Origin: an uncultured bacterium
Lineage (GTDB): Bacteria > Babelota > Babeliae > Babelales > Vermiphilaceae
Assembly: GCA_963702025.1 (NCBI GenBank)
Contig: OY969699.1
Coordinates: forward strand, 960,001 to 1,024,000
Length of the DNA stretch: 64,000 nt
Reading direction: 5' to 3'
A model generated the notes under the pieces. It worked only from the letters and a program-made list of their open reading frames with translations, made no database searches and was not told where the DNA came from. Below, piece by piece: positions 10,955 through 19,416 of this stretch. Every line of letters starts with the position of its first letter. Within the stretch, counting starts at the first letter, position 1. The translations under genes were made by a program, and so were the position numbers.

Positions 10955-11206
10955 ATGGCACAATTTAGTTATGACGATACCTTTGCAAAAGTTGCCGATA
11001 TCATTGCTCAAAAATTGAGTATCGAAAAAAAAAGAATCACCAAAGAATCAACGCTTGCCGATTTGGGCGCCGACTCCTTGGATTTGGTAGAAATTATTAT
11101 GAAAATGGAAGATCAATTTGGGATCCATATTAATGATGAAGATGCTGAACATATGAATAATGTGCATCAGGTGGTTGAATATATCCAAACTCGGCGCACA
11201 AAGTAG
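10955..11206 (+). CDS. acpP: Acyl carrier protein
   Basis: DLGADSLDLVE phosphopantetheine site. Confidence 0.96.
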   Translation: MAQFSYDDTFAKVADIIAQKLSIEKKRITKESTLADLGADSLDLVEIIMKMEDQFGIHINDEDAEHMNNVHQVVEYIQTRRTK

Positions 11207-11344
11207 ATTTAATTCCTCTAAGTTTTTTAGCACTTTTTTGGCCAAATCTGCCATGTTTGCGCGATTTTTAATTTCTCTTGATTTGCGATCTTTTATTGTG
11301 ATATATTTCAAATAGAATATATATATAATTAAAAGGGGTTGCCC

Positions 11345-12220
11345 ATGAAAAACAGTAAAATAGCGCTTATACTAATGGCTTTTGTCTTCTATAGTTGCCC
11401 TGCTATGGAACTGCCCAATGAAGGACAGGCATCATTAGGAGCAATGCCTGCGGACATAAAAAATCTTATTTTGTATGAACTTATTGAGGTGGACCCTTCT
11501 TTAAAGCCAGATGATCTTACCGATTTTTATAAATCGATTAAGAATATTACCAATTATGCCCGATTGAACAGTGAATTTAAAGCTTTAGTTAATGATCCTC
11601 GCAACATGATTTGGTTGGTAAAAACCTTAGTTGAGCGATTTAAGGATAAATCTCCCAAAAGTGTTGATGAGCTTTTTATCGCAAAGGGCTTAGCAAATAT
11701 GCCGGGAATTAAAAGTATAGAATTTCAGAATTGGCTTCAAAACCTTATTAAAGAAAAAGAATTAAGATTAGCTGCGGAGGATCTTAATGTAGAAAAAGTA
11801 AAAAAGTTACTTGCTGAGGGCATTGATGCAAATGCTTCAGATAGATTATTTAACATGCGACCGCTGAATTATCTTGTGTGGGGCCTAGCTTTTAAAGGTG
11901 GGAATGAGCAGAACACGGCTGAAGCCATTACAATTTTAAAACTATTAATGGCTGCAGGGGCAAACATTAATGTACAGGCTGGTAATGGATACACACCAAT
12001 ATTACTGGCAACAATATACCAAAATATACCGCTCATGCAGGCAATTCTAGAATATCATCCTGATCTTAGTTTGGCCGATAGTGGGGGAGGGACTCCCTTT
12101 CACTTTGCAGTAGCTGCCGGTGATAGTGCAATTATGAAAGTTTTATCTGACTATGTACAAAAAAATCAAATTGCCGTGAGCCCGGAAATTCAAGAGCTGA
12201 TGCAAAGTAGAATTCAATAA
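11345..12220 (+). CDS. Secreted ankyrin-repeat protein with N-terminal F-box-like motif
   Basis: Signal peptide ...SCPA|ME; LGAMPADIKNLILYEL; GYTPILLA, GGTPFHFA. Confidence 0.85.
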   Translation: MKNSKIALILMAFVFYSCPAMELPNEGQASLGAMPADIKNLILYELIEVDPSLKPDDLTDFYKSIKNITNYARLNSEFKALVNDPRNMIWLVKTLVERFKDKSPKSVDELFIAKGLANMPGIKSIEFQNWLQNLIKEKELRLAAEDLNVEKVKKLLAEGIDANASDRLFNMRPLNYLVWGLAFKGGNEQNTAEAITILKLLMAAGANINVQAGNGYTPILLATIYQNIPLMQAILEYHPDLSLADSGGGTPFHFAVAAGDSAIMKVLSDYVQKNQIAVSPEIQELMQSRIQ

Positions 12221-12221
12221 T

Positions 12222-12445
12222 TTAACGCGAACTCGAGCTAAAAAAACTAGTGATACAAATTGAAAGGGCCGCCCGTGGTGAGCGCGAGCATAGCGAGCGT
12301 ATCGAACCATGCGGCCTAAAAAATCACAAAATATACTGATGAATATTTATTAAACCCGCATGGTTCGATACGCAGCCTGCGGCTGCACTCACCACGAGCG
12401 GGTTTATGACTAACTTTTACAATTCTTAGCTCGATTTCGCTTTAA
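12222..12445. mobile_element. MITE/REPIN-like non-coding element: 20-bp terminal inverted repeats enclosing an inverted pair of family 1 REPs
   Basis: TTAACGCGAACTCGAGCTAA (12222-41) vs reverse complement of 12426-45, TTAAAGCGAAATCGAGCTAA (18/20); REPs at 12269-12314 (-) and 12356-12401 (+). Confidence 0.7.
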
Positions 12446-12454
12446 TTTAGAAGT

Positions 12455-12823
12455 CTACTCAACGACTACCGTTATTTTTCTTTTGTCAGCGGGCTTAATA
12501 TTTTCCCATGGTCGTTTATATTCAAGCGTAAATTGTTGGGTTCCCGGTTTGAGCCCTTTAATCACCCATTTTTGTTCGCCACCAGCACCTATTAGTTTTG
12601 AATCTGATGCTTTATAGACCGGATCGCTGATTTTAATAATATCAGTCTTTAGTGGTTCAGCTAACTGCCAGGAATAGCCGGTTGTAGGATTTGATTTTAA
12701 CTTCAATGTATGTTTACCGCCTTTTTTGATGACGATTATTTCATCTTTTGGTGCGGCCGGTTTCTCCATTCCATAGAGTGTGGATATTAGTGAAGCAGTT
12801 ACAAAAAGTAGACTAACTCGCAT
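12455..12823 (-). CDS. Chagasin-family (I42) cysteine protease inhibitor, secreted
   Basis: NPTTGYSW, GAGG, YKRPWE motifs; signal peptide; AGGAG RBS. Confidence 0.92.
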   Translation of the reverse strand: MRVSLLFVTASLISTLYGMEKPAAPKDEIIVIKKGGKHTLKLKSNPTTGYSWQLAEPLKTDIIKISDPVYKASDSKLIGAGGEQKWVIKGLKPGTQQFTLEYKRPWENIKPADKRKITVVVE

Positions 12824-12894
12824 TATCATCTCCTTTGTATGATTCTTAATTTTTTTAAGCATAGCATTTGTTATCAAGTCAACGCGATATTTTG

Positions 12895-14517
12895 CTAGAA
12901 GCCGCACCCTGTCTTAATCCAAACGCCCCATTGGGAAATTGAGTTTTTATTTGCTTTAATTTCATGGCGTGGATTTAAGCCCTCAAATTCCACTTCGCCA
13001 CCGATGCCAATAAACGGATCAACATACGGAAAGCAATCGATCCATGCATAACTAATATTGCCAAAAACTTTATGCGTAAAACTATGCGGTGTGGCGGCTG
13101 AATTTTCATCTATTTGATAATCCTCAAAATAAACGGGCGGATTGGGATCGGCAACTACTGCTTGTTGTGAAAATTGATTGCCAAAAATAGTTGCGGTGCT
13201 TTGCGTTGCATTACTTAATGACGGGCCAAGATTGGTAACATTTTGAATACCTTTGAGCGCATAGGTTTTAAAGGGGATTTTTTCTCTATTGCTGATCATT
13301 TCTCGAGAGCGGAACCAGACGTTGTATCCTAAATCTGCCGTGAGATTAGGATCTTCATAGCTTGCCATAATAACCGCGTCTATTTGAATGGCAAAAGAGG
13401 TATCACAATAGAGAGTAGTAATATCAATGACAGGCAGGCAGTTGCCGGTATAAGTATTAGTGTTTCCGTCAAATTGCTTTGCCAAAATATAACGCGTGCC
13501 AGAACCTTTATAGAAAATATTTTCCGGGTCAATAGGATTTCTGAGATCAAATGAGCGGCGTTGGCGCGCATTAAAAATATGAGTAACATTAACATCACTA
13601 AAAAATGATATGCGTTGATCGCCATCTTTTTCCCAGAGGACCACGTGCCCGGTGAAGCCGATTCCTAATTCTGGGTGATTGCCATTGCCTATTATTGGTT
13701 CAAATAGGTAGATGGCCTCCGATGGGGTGCCGCCCGGAATGGAACCACGAATATTAAAACCCGCATGCCCGTAATCATTATTGGCAAAGTTCCAGCCGAC
13801 AGCAACTTGCGCTTCAGTGAATCCCGATTTTGATTGTGGGCCTTCAATGCGTCCAAATTCCAAGCCGCGCGTTACTTGGCCCCAGGTTATGCCACCGGCA
13901 ATAGCATCCGTAAACGATGTGGCCGGTGCAGGAATAGATGCGGCGGCCATGTAACGGGCCGGATATGAACCGGTCGCGGAATTGGGTGCAATTGTTTCTA
14001 AAAGTTTAAAAACCCATTTTGTCCACACATATGGCACATGGAAGCGAATGTAGTAATCTTCATAGCCAAAATAGCCTTCAAAATCTACCAGCCCGGTGCG
14101 AATTTCTGGTTCCATGCGCACCGTGCTTTGGAATGTGGTGGCAAGGCCAAAATAATCGGCAAGGATTTGTGTTTGATTATCGCGGTTTGTCACTTGGCTA
14201 CCGGTAATTACCAATTCGTCATCAGCAAAATAATATTCGGCAAGGCGAGCAGGTCTAAAAGAGTGTTTATATTCCGGGACGAGACTAAAAGCACCGTACA
14301 TTTCTTTGCATGGCTGATTAATAAATCGGTGCCAGCCGGACAATTCTCGCGCAGCATTTACCGCTTCGGATCGCGGGGCAAGAAATGTTTTGCCGTGCAA
14401 TGGTTGATTAAGATCATCATCATTCATGGCGCATATGCCAAGAGTATAGAAAAATAATAATGCGGTTACTAAGCTCAAATATTCTATTCTATTCCCGTGA
14501 CGCATACTCATCCTCAA
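12895..14517 (-). CDS. Putative outer-membrane beta-barrel protein, paralog 3
   Basis: Signal peptide; motifs shared with the two neighbours (LADYFGL, FEPIIGNG); ends SQWGVWIKTGCGF. Confidence 0.7.
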   Translation of the reverse strand: MRMSMRHGNRIEYLSLVTALLFFYTLGICAMNDDDLNQPLHGKTFLAPRSEAVNAARELSGWHRFINQPCKEMYGAFSLVPEYKHSFRPARLAEYYFADDELVITGSQVTNRDNQTQILADYFGLATTFQSTVRMEPEIRTGLVDFEGYFGYEDYYIRFHVPYVWTKWVFKLLETIAPNSATGSYPARYMAAASIPAPATSFTDAIAGGITWGQVTRGLEFGRIEGPQSKSGFTEAQVAVGWNFANNDYGHAGFNIRGSIPGGTPSEAIYLFEPIIGNGNHPELGIGFTGHVVLWEKDGDQRISFFSDVNVTHIFNARQRRSFDLRNPIDPENIFYKGSGTRYILAKQFDGNTNTYTGNCLPVIDITTLYCDTSFAIQIDAVIMASYEDPNLTADLGYNVWFRSREMISNREKIPFKTYALKGIQNVTNLGPSLSNATQSTATIFGNQFSQQAVVADPNPPVYFEDYQIDENSAATPHSFTHKVFGNISYAWIDCFPYVDPFIGIGGEVEFEGLNPRHEIKANKNSISQWGVWIKTGCGF

Positions 14518-14612
14518 ATGATTTAAAATGCTGTTTTAATTAATGGTAAATGTACTGAGTATCATACCAGATGATGGCGATGAAATGAATAAGGGATTGT
14601 TAGCCGTACTAT

Positions 14613-16469
14613 TTAAAATGCCGCACCCGCTTTTAGCCAGACGCCCCACTGGGAAAACGCAACCGTTTGACACGAGTGATCAAATGCCTCACTCGCACAT
14701 TCTGCATTCCCAACATGGTGAGCAAACTCAATGAATGCTCCAACACCGGCAAATGTTGACCAGCTGCAATCGCAGCTATCCCAGTTATAGGTAAGATGTA
14801 CAAAATATCTATTGGAAAGTCCTTTTGTTTCGGCTGCTTCAAAATCTATTAAAGCCGGTTGAATAACTATCGGCAAAAGGGTTGAACGTTGTTGTGTAAG
14901 GGCCCCACCATTTTCGCCAGGAAACACCACGATCTGATTCGTATTATCAGTTTCGGTTACCATCGCCCATTGGGCTTTGCCGCCGTCAATGCCGGGATTT
15001 TGATTTTGTTCTGTATCAACAGGGGTGTCAAATGGTCTATTGGTGCCTGCGTGAATGTCTGCTTGACTTTCAGTAGCAGAAAGAGGAATCGGAGTTCCGG
15101 GAGGCACGGGTGAAGAACCGGCGTCCGCGGCCACAAAACCGTAAATACGGGCATCACCTTTTAATGCAAAGGTGGTATTGCTATCAAAGGGAATTGAGCA
15201 CTGGCAGTGCGGTTTTATTTTTTCACAGGTGCGTGCCCAATAATTGTAGCCAAAATCTAGGTTCCAATTACACCATTGGATATCAAGCATAGCCGTGATG
15301 TCCACTTGTGCTGAAATACTCACATTCACATCAAAGGTGGTAAGATTTGCCAGCGGTGTATACTCATTTTGAAATTGAGCGTTTGGGGGTGTATTATTGG
15401 AAACCATTCCTTGCACGGTGCTAATATAGAGATTTTCAACCGGTGGCGCGATTCTTTGAGCCAGCATATAGCGGCTTAATGGTTTGCCGATCAAATCAAA
15501 TGTTCTTCTTTGGCGCGCTGCAAAGAGTGTTGTCAGATTACCATCGAGATAGAAGGCGATTTTGCGTGGCTTGCAAGGGTCAGCATAGAGCATATAATGG
15601 CAGGTGACGCCTAATCCCAATTCCCAGTGTTTTCCGTTCCCGATTAACGGTTCGAATAAAAATAATCCTTCAGGGCGATTGCCTGTTGGTGCCGCTGCAC
15701 GAATGTTGAGGCCAAAATGATGGTCATCATCTTGTAAAAAATTCCAACCAAAAGCAGCTTGAATATCAGAGATACCTAGTTTGGTGCGCTTTCTTTTGCT
15801 CATGCGCGCATTTGCCAAGCCAACAAAGCTAGAGGAGCCACCAAGATTAGGAACTCTTTCGTAGGTAACAAAATCAGTAAAACTAGTCAGTAATTGGCTG
15901 CGAGGAATTGCTGTCGGAGCAAAATAACCCGCGTCATAGCCATTCACGCCACCGGCAATTATTTGTTCGTTAAACTCGAGTTGCCAACTGGTATAAACAA
16001 TGGGTATGTGAAATCTAAAGTAAAGACCATCTTGCCATTGATCAAGGCCGGCGTAATAGGAAAGATCAACAATAGTGTTAGTAACTTTTGGTTCAAAAGT
16101 AAGTGTGCTTTGAAAATCAGTTGGCAAGCCAAAATAATCTGCTAGCCAATCGGTAGCATTACGGTCGCCAACTTGACTGCCGGATATTTGGATAAATGGC
16201 TTTTCTTCTTCCGTATTTACTAAATCATGCCCAAAAAGAGTAAATCGTATATGATCCGGTTTAAAGGTTTGCATATATTCGGCAGTTACTGCACCCGCAT
16301 TATAAAAACATTCTTGATCGTATTTATTAATGTATGGTGTCCAGCCTATTAGATCTCGCGTGGAGTCTTCCGATTGTGATCGGGGCTGAATAAATGGCGC
16401 AAGGGCAGATAGAGTGACTGGGACCGTTATTAAGAATGCAAAATACCATGTTAAATGCTTCATTATCAA
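14613..16469 (-). CDS. Putative outer-membrane beta-barrel protein, paralog 2
   Basis: PRSQS, WLADYFGL, APTGNRP, GNGKHWE; ends SQWGVWLKAGAAF. Confidence 0.7.
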   Translation of the reverse strand: MIMKHLTWYFAFLITVPVTLSALAPFIQPRSQSEDSTRDLIGWTPYINKYDQECFYNAGAVTAEYMQTFKPDHIRFTLFGHDLVNTEEEKPFIQISGSQVGDRNATDWLADYFGLPTDFQSTLTFEPKVTNTIVDLSYYAGLDQWQDGLYFRFHIPIVYTSWQLEFNEQIIAGGVNGYDAGYFAPTAIPRSQLLTSFTDFVTYERVPNLGGSSSFVGLANARMSKRKRTKLGISDIQAAFGWNFLQDDDHHFGLNIRAAAPTGNRPEGLFLFEPLIGNGKHWELGLGVTCHYMLYADPCKPRKIAFYLDGNLTTLFAARQRRTFDLIGKPLSRYMLAQRIAPPVENLYISTVQGMVSNNTPPNAQFQNEYTPLANLTTFDVNVSISAQVDITAMLDIQWCNWNLDFGYNYWARTCEKIKPHCQCSIPFDSNTTFALKGDARIYGFVAADAGSSPVPPGTPIPLSATESQADIHAGTNRPFDTPVDTEQNQNPGIDGGKAQWAMVTETDNTNQIVVFPGENGGALTQQRSTLLPIVIQPALIDFEAAETKGLSNRYFVHLTYNWDSCDCSWSTFAGVGAFIEFAHHVGNAECASEAFDHSCQTVAFSQWGVWLKAGAAF

Positions 16470-18355
16470 CTCCAGAAGATGCCGCCTTTAACCCAAACGC
16501 CCCATTCGGAAAGATTGCACCGCTGGCAACGGCAGTCATCGCACGGAACGGGAGGAGCGGTATTGAGTAACTGGCATGCGGCTATATTATTGCATTGCCT
16601 TTCACCGCGCCGTGGGCCAAACTCTGCCTTACCGCCAACGCCAATGTATGGCATAATATCTTCGCATTCATTCCACGTATAACTTAAATGGGCAAATATT
16701 TTGTGTGACAAACCGCGCGACTCTGCACCTTTTATATTAATGTTGGCATTTGAGAGAAAGACCGGATCATTCGAGGTAAGCTGTTGCGTGTGGGCCGCAT
16801 TGGTTTTAGATGGATCCGCATTAAGGCCCGGTTGTATCATCAACTGATTCGAATCATCAGCATTTGACCACATGGCAAATTCAGCATTATCCACATTAGT
16901 ATTTTGTCCGCCGATGGTGCCATTGGTACCCGCATAAATGGTCGCTAAACTTTCTGTTGCTGAAAGAGGAACAATTGCCGGGCCCATTGGTACCGAATCT
17001 GCTGCCGAGAACCCATAGGTCATTGCGTCACCTTTTAATGCCCACACATTTCCGGATTCCAATCGTGTTGGCCCGTATTGTTCGCTGATGGAAATTTTTT
17101 CGCATGATAGTGCCCAGAAATTATAGCCCAGATCAACCGAGAGGCCGCATGCGGTATAGTTAAATAAAGCAACGATATCAACTTGCACCGCATTGCTCAC
17201 TTTGACGGGCAATGTTGTCAGATTTGCGACCGGTGCATAAGCACCTTTAAATTGAGCAGAGGGGACTGTGCTTCCTGCAGCTGTTCCTTGCGTGACATTG
17301 GCATATAAGTTCGGGGGATTGTTTGGGGCGCCTAGTCGCTCGGCTAACATGTAGCGGCTATTTGGTTTACCTTTAAGATCGAACGTTCTTGTTTGGCTGG
17401 TGCGGCACAGGTGGGTAAAGTTGCCGTCGCAATAAAAGCCAAAGGAGCTTTCTTCATCACAACTTTCCCAGAATGTGTAATGTCCGCTGAAGCCGGCTCC
17501 CACTTCCCAGTGCTTGCCGTTACCTACAATAGGTTGAAAGGTAAAGATGCCATTCGGACGATTACCGGTTGGCGCGTAAACCCGAAAATTGAGGCCGAGA
17601 TGGTAGCATGGGCATAAAAGAAAATTATATCCGAGTGCCATTTGAATTTCTGCCAGCGCTGTTTTTTGTTGGCTCCGGTGATTGAGCCGCGCAAAGGCGA
17701 GCGGTTCAAAGGTAACACCGTCGGGCAGATCGGGAATATCTCCGGCAGAGAAAAAGTCTGATGCGGTGTCAAGAAGGTTGCCCGCCGTAATTGCTGAAGG
17801 AGTAAAATAGCCGGCAGGATACCCTGCTGGCGCTAAACCAGATATCGGTTCTTCGTGAAAATGTAAGTTCCAATTGCTAATAACCAGTGGCGCATGTGCC
17901 CTGAAATAAAGGCCGGTGAACCATTCATCCAGGCCCACATAGACATTGAAGTCCATAATAAAATTGGTTACGCGCGGTCTAAAAAAGAGAGTACTTTGAT
18001 AGGTTGGTGAAAGGCCAAAATAATCGGCGAGCCAGTCCGTTTGATTCCGGTTGGGCACTTGGCTGCCCGCAACTTGGATGGCAACTTCATTTGATGAAAA
18101 TGGTGATGGTGTGTTAAATCCAAATAAACAATGGGCAAGGGCATCCGGATCAAATGAGCGTGTTCCTTCAAGAGTTATTGCGCCGGTAATATACAGATTT
18201 TCCATGTCGTAGAGATTTACTTTGTCGGTCCATCCCATTAAATCACGGGCGGCGTCAACACTCTGCGATCGCATGCTAATATACGGTAATACGGCATGCA
18301 GGTAACTGGAATAGCATATGAGAATGCTGATCACAACGCGTACGAGGCTATTCAT
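16466..18355 (-). CDS. Putative outer-membrane beta-barrel protein, paralog 1
   Basis: RSQS, WLADYFGL, APTGNRP, GNGKHWE; Cys-rich loop; ends SEWGVWVKGGIFWS. Confidence 0.7.
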   Translation of the reverse strand: MNSLVRVVISILICYSSYLHAVLPYISMRSQSVDAARDLMGWTDKVNLYDMENLYITGAITLEGTRSFDPDALAHCLFGFNTPSPFSSNEVAIQVAGSQVPNRNQTDWLADYFGLSPTYQSTLFFRPRVTNFIMDFNVYVGLDEWFTGLYFRAHAPLVISNWNLHFHEEPISGLAPAGYPAGYFTPSAITAGNLLDTASDFFSAGDIPDLPDGVTFEPLAFARLNHRSQQKTALAEIQMALGYNFLLCPCYHLGLNFRVYAPTGNRPNGIFTFQPIVGNGKHWEVGAGFSGHYTFWESCDEESSFGFYCDGNFTHLCRTSQTRTFDLKGKPNSRYMLAERLGAPNNPPNLYANVTQGTAAGSTVPSAQFKGAYAPVANLTTLPVKVSNAVQVDIVALFNYTACGLSVDLGYNFWALSCEKISISEQYGPTRLESGNVWALKGDAMTYGFSAADSVPMGPAIVPLSATESLATIYAGTNGTIGGQNTNVDNAEFAMWSNADDSNQLMIQPGLNADPSKTNAAHTQQLTSNDPVFLSNANINIKGAESRGLSHKIFAHLSYTWNECEDIMPYIGVGGKAEFGPRRGERQCNNIAACQLLNTAPPVPCDDCRCQRCNLSEWGVWVKGGIFWS

Positions 18356-18506
18356 AGTACAACTCCTTGTTTTTTTATAGAATTTTCGTTGTGTACTGAA
18401 TATTCATATATTTCGATTAAGAAGTCAATTAGATGAACGGTCATCGACTCTTGATGCGGTTAGCAGTATATTTATTGAAAAAAAATGAAATGCAAAATTA
18501 AAGATT

Positions 18507-18590
18507 ACACATCCTGAGTAGGCGCGTAGGGCCGTATCGAAGGATATTCAGAATATGGTTCGATAAGCCCTACGGGCACTCACCATGTGT
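18507..18590. repeat. Inverted pair of family 1 REPs forming an 84-bp imperfect hairpin
   Basis: ACACATCCTGAGT...GTATCGAAGGATATTC-A-GAATATGGTTCGATA...ACTCACCATGTGT. Confidence 0.85.
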
Positions 18591-18622
18591 GAATAAAAAA
18601 ATTATGGTAATAAGGTAACGTT

Positions 18623-19399
18623 ATGAACTTCATCTATTTTTGGATCGCCGCGCAAATTATTTTAGAAATGCTGCCGGTGAGTAGCTCAACTCATCTCTAT
18701 TTGCTGCAAGAATTTTTTAAAAAACGGTACAATGTTGTTACACTCAAAGATTTCTATTATTTTTTGCATCTTCCCACCCTTATAATAGTTACCACTTACT
18801 TTGGACGATCGTGGTTGCAGTTGTTATTTGATGCAGGCACTTTGAATGTAAAACCATTAATATGGGTTATGATTGCTGATGGCATCACCGGCATCACATT
18901 CTTGCTAATGCGTAAATCAAAAAAAGAGTTTCCGATTTACATTGGCCTTTGTGTTACCGCATGTGCACTCTGGTTAACGGCCTGGTGTTTGAGCACACAC
19001 TCGATAGGGGTCTGGCAGTATCATGATGCAATAATTCTGGGAATTGCCCAATCGGCTGCCCTATTGCCCGGCATTTCGCGGCTTGCATTTACGTGTAGCG
19101 TTGGATGTTTGCTGGGCTTTTCACTGATAGACTCTTTTTTTCTTTCATGGCTAATGTATGCGCCGCTTATGGCCGCCGCATGTGCAAAAAGCATACTGGA
19201 TTTATACAAACAGCATGCGCTTAAACAACTATTGAATCCGCCGGTGCTGTTGGTTATTATCATGAGTGGAGTTGTTAGTTATGTGGTTTTTATGGCAGTT
19301 ACCATGATGATTAATGCTAACACCTTTTTTCTATGGGGATGGTATATGATGCTGCCATTGGCGCTGTGCGTGTGGTTAGCGATTAAAAAAAGAGACTAA
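18623..19399 (+). CDS. uppP: Undecaprenyl-diphosphate phosphatase (BacA/UppP family), divergent
   Basis: EMLPVSSSTH and AQSAALLPGISR motifs; polytopic membrane protein. Confidence 0.85.
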   Translation: MNFIYFWIAAQIILEMLPVSSSTHLYLLQEFFKKRYNVVTLKDFYYFLHLPTLIIVTTYFGRSWLQLLFDAGTLNVKPLIWVMIADGITGITFLLMRKSKKEFPIYIGLCVTACALWLTAWCLSTHSIGVWQYHDAIILGIAQSAALLPGISRLAFTCSVGCLLGFSLIDSFFLSWLMYAPLMAAACAKSILDLYKQHALKQLLNPPVLLVIIMSGVVSYVVFMAVTMMINANTFFLWGWYMMLPLALCVWLAIKKRD

Positions 19400-19416
19400 A
19401 ATCAAGAGGGGGGAGT

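Noticed and set aside
12269..12401. Palindromic repeats as a CRISPR array
   Set aside because: Copies are inverted or dispersed, not direct repeats with regular spacers; no cas genes recognised.
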